Positions 32,911 to 33,148 of a stretch of 33,148 nucleotides of DNA are shown here, one piece after another (position 1 is the first letter of the stretch; every line of letters begins with the position of its first letter). The translations under genes were made by a program, and so were the position numbers. Source of the stretch: a virus. Taxonomy: Duplodnaviria > Caudoviricetes. Location: positions 1 through 33,148 of IMG/VR virus record IMGVR_UViG_3300045285_000043. The stretch is one strand, 5' to 3'. The notes under the pieces were generated by a model. That model ran no database searches. It was given only the letters and a program-made list of their open reading frames with translations, and was not told the origin of the DNA.

Positions 32911-33148
32911 GTGTTCGCATTTCTGCTGGGCCTGTTGTTTGTCGTGGTGGCACTCTTTCTCTGGCTCAGCGCTCACTGGTTTGGCCGCGTCCTCGCGTTT
33001 CTAATATTCGCCCCTGTGTTCGGCCTTCTCGTTGGCGGCCTCACCCCGCCGCCGACTGGCGCTAACTACAACTGGGGCGGTCTCGTGATCGGTATGTTCC
33101 TGGCGTATCCGGTTAGCGGCATCCCGCGATACTGGCAGGCAATCATGC
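32911..33148 (+). CDS. Multi-TM membrane protein, 3' end outside the window
   Basis: Hand translation MFAFLLGLLFVVVALFLWLSAHWFGRVLAFLIFAPVFGLLVGG...; open to the window end. Confidence 0.6.
   Translation, partial: MFAFLLGLLFVVVALFLWLSAHWFGRVLAFLIFAPVFGLLVGGLTPPPTGANYNWGGLVIGMFLAYPVSGIPRYWQAIM

Larger units (their letters stand above)
1..33148. mobile_element. Temperate-type tailed phage segment (P22-like podovirus organisation, probable alphaproteobacterial host), apparently circularly permuted
   Basis: Portal, terminase, cI/cro switch, replication, lysis and tailspike genes; no host genes seen; dense ATGA/TGATG gene overlaps. Confidence 0.93.

Noticed and set aside
1-33148. tRNA/rRNA genes, dif-like site, stop-codon reassignment
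   Set aside because: None recognised by eye; core genes are intact in the standard code (tRNAscan/Infernal not run)

Overview
The whole window is a GC-rich temperate-type phage genome segment. It has a P22-like podovirus layout, and the GcrA and NusG-paralog genes point to an alphaproteobacterial host. The late operon runs on the minus strand and leaves the left edge after the portal gene. A second late segment (tailspike to lysis) runs in from near the right edge, so the missing head, tail and ejection genes probably join the two ends of a circularly permuted genome. Order: portal, Dam-like methyltransferase, terL, terS, small late genes with an antisense HNH endonuclease, NusG-like antiterminator, an antisense promoter/operator/HTH cassette, candidate origin, VapE-like ATPase, primase-polymerase, Dda/RecD-like helicase, RusA, GcrA, a GIY-YIG-HTH fusion, a lambda-like cro/cI switch with five 17-bp operators, an early operon with AAA_24 and DUF669-like SSB genes, lysis genes, and tail genes. 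No integrase is visible. The most unusual feature is a run of four genes between the tailspike and lysis genes whose products look like phage fibre/structural proteins yet carry Sec-type signal peptides, three of them with even numbers of cysteines. All family assignments come from motif recognition by eye; no database searches were run.
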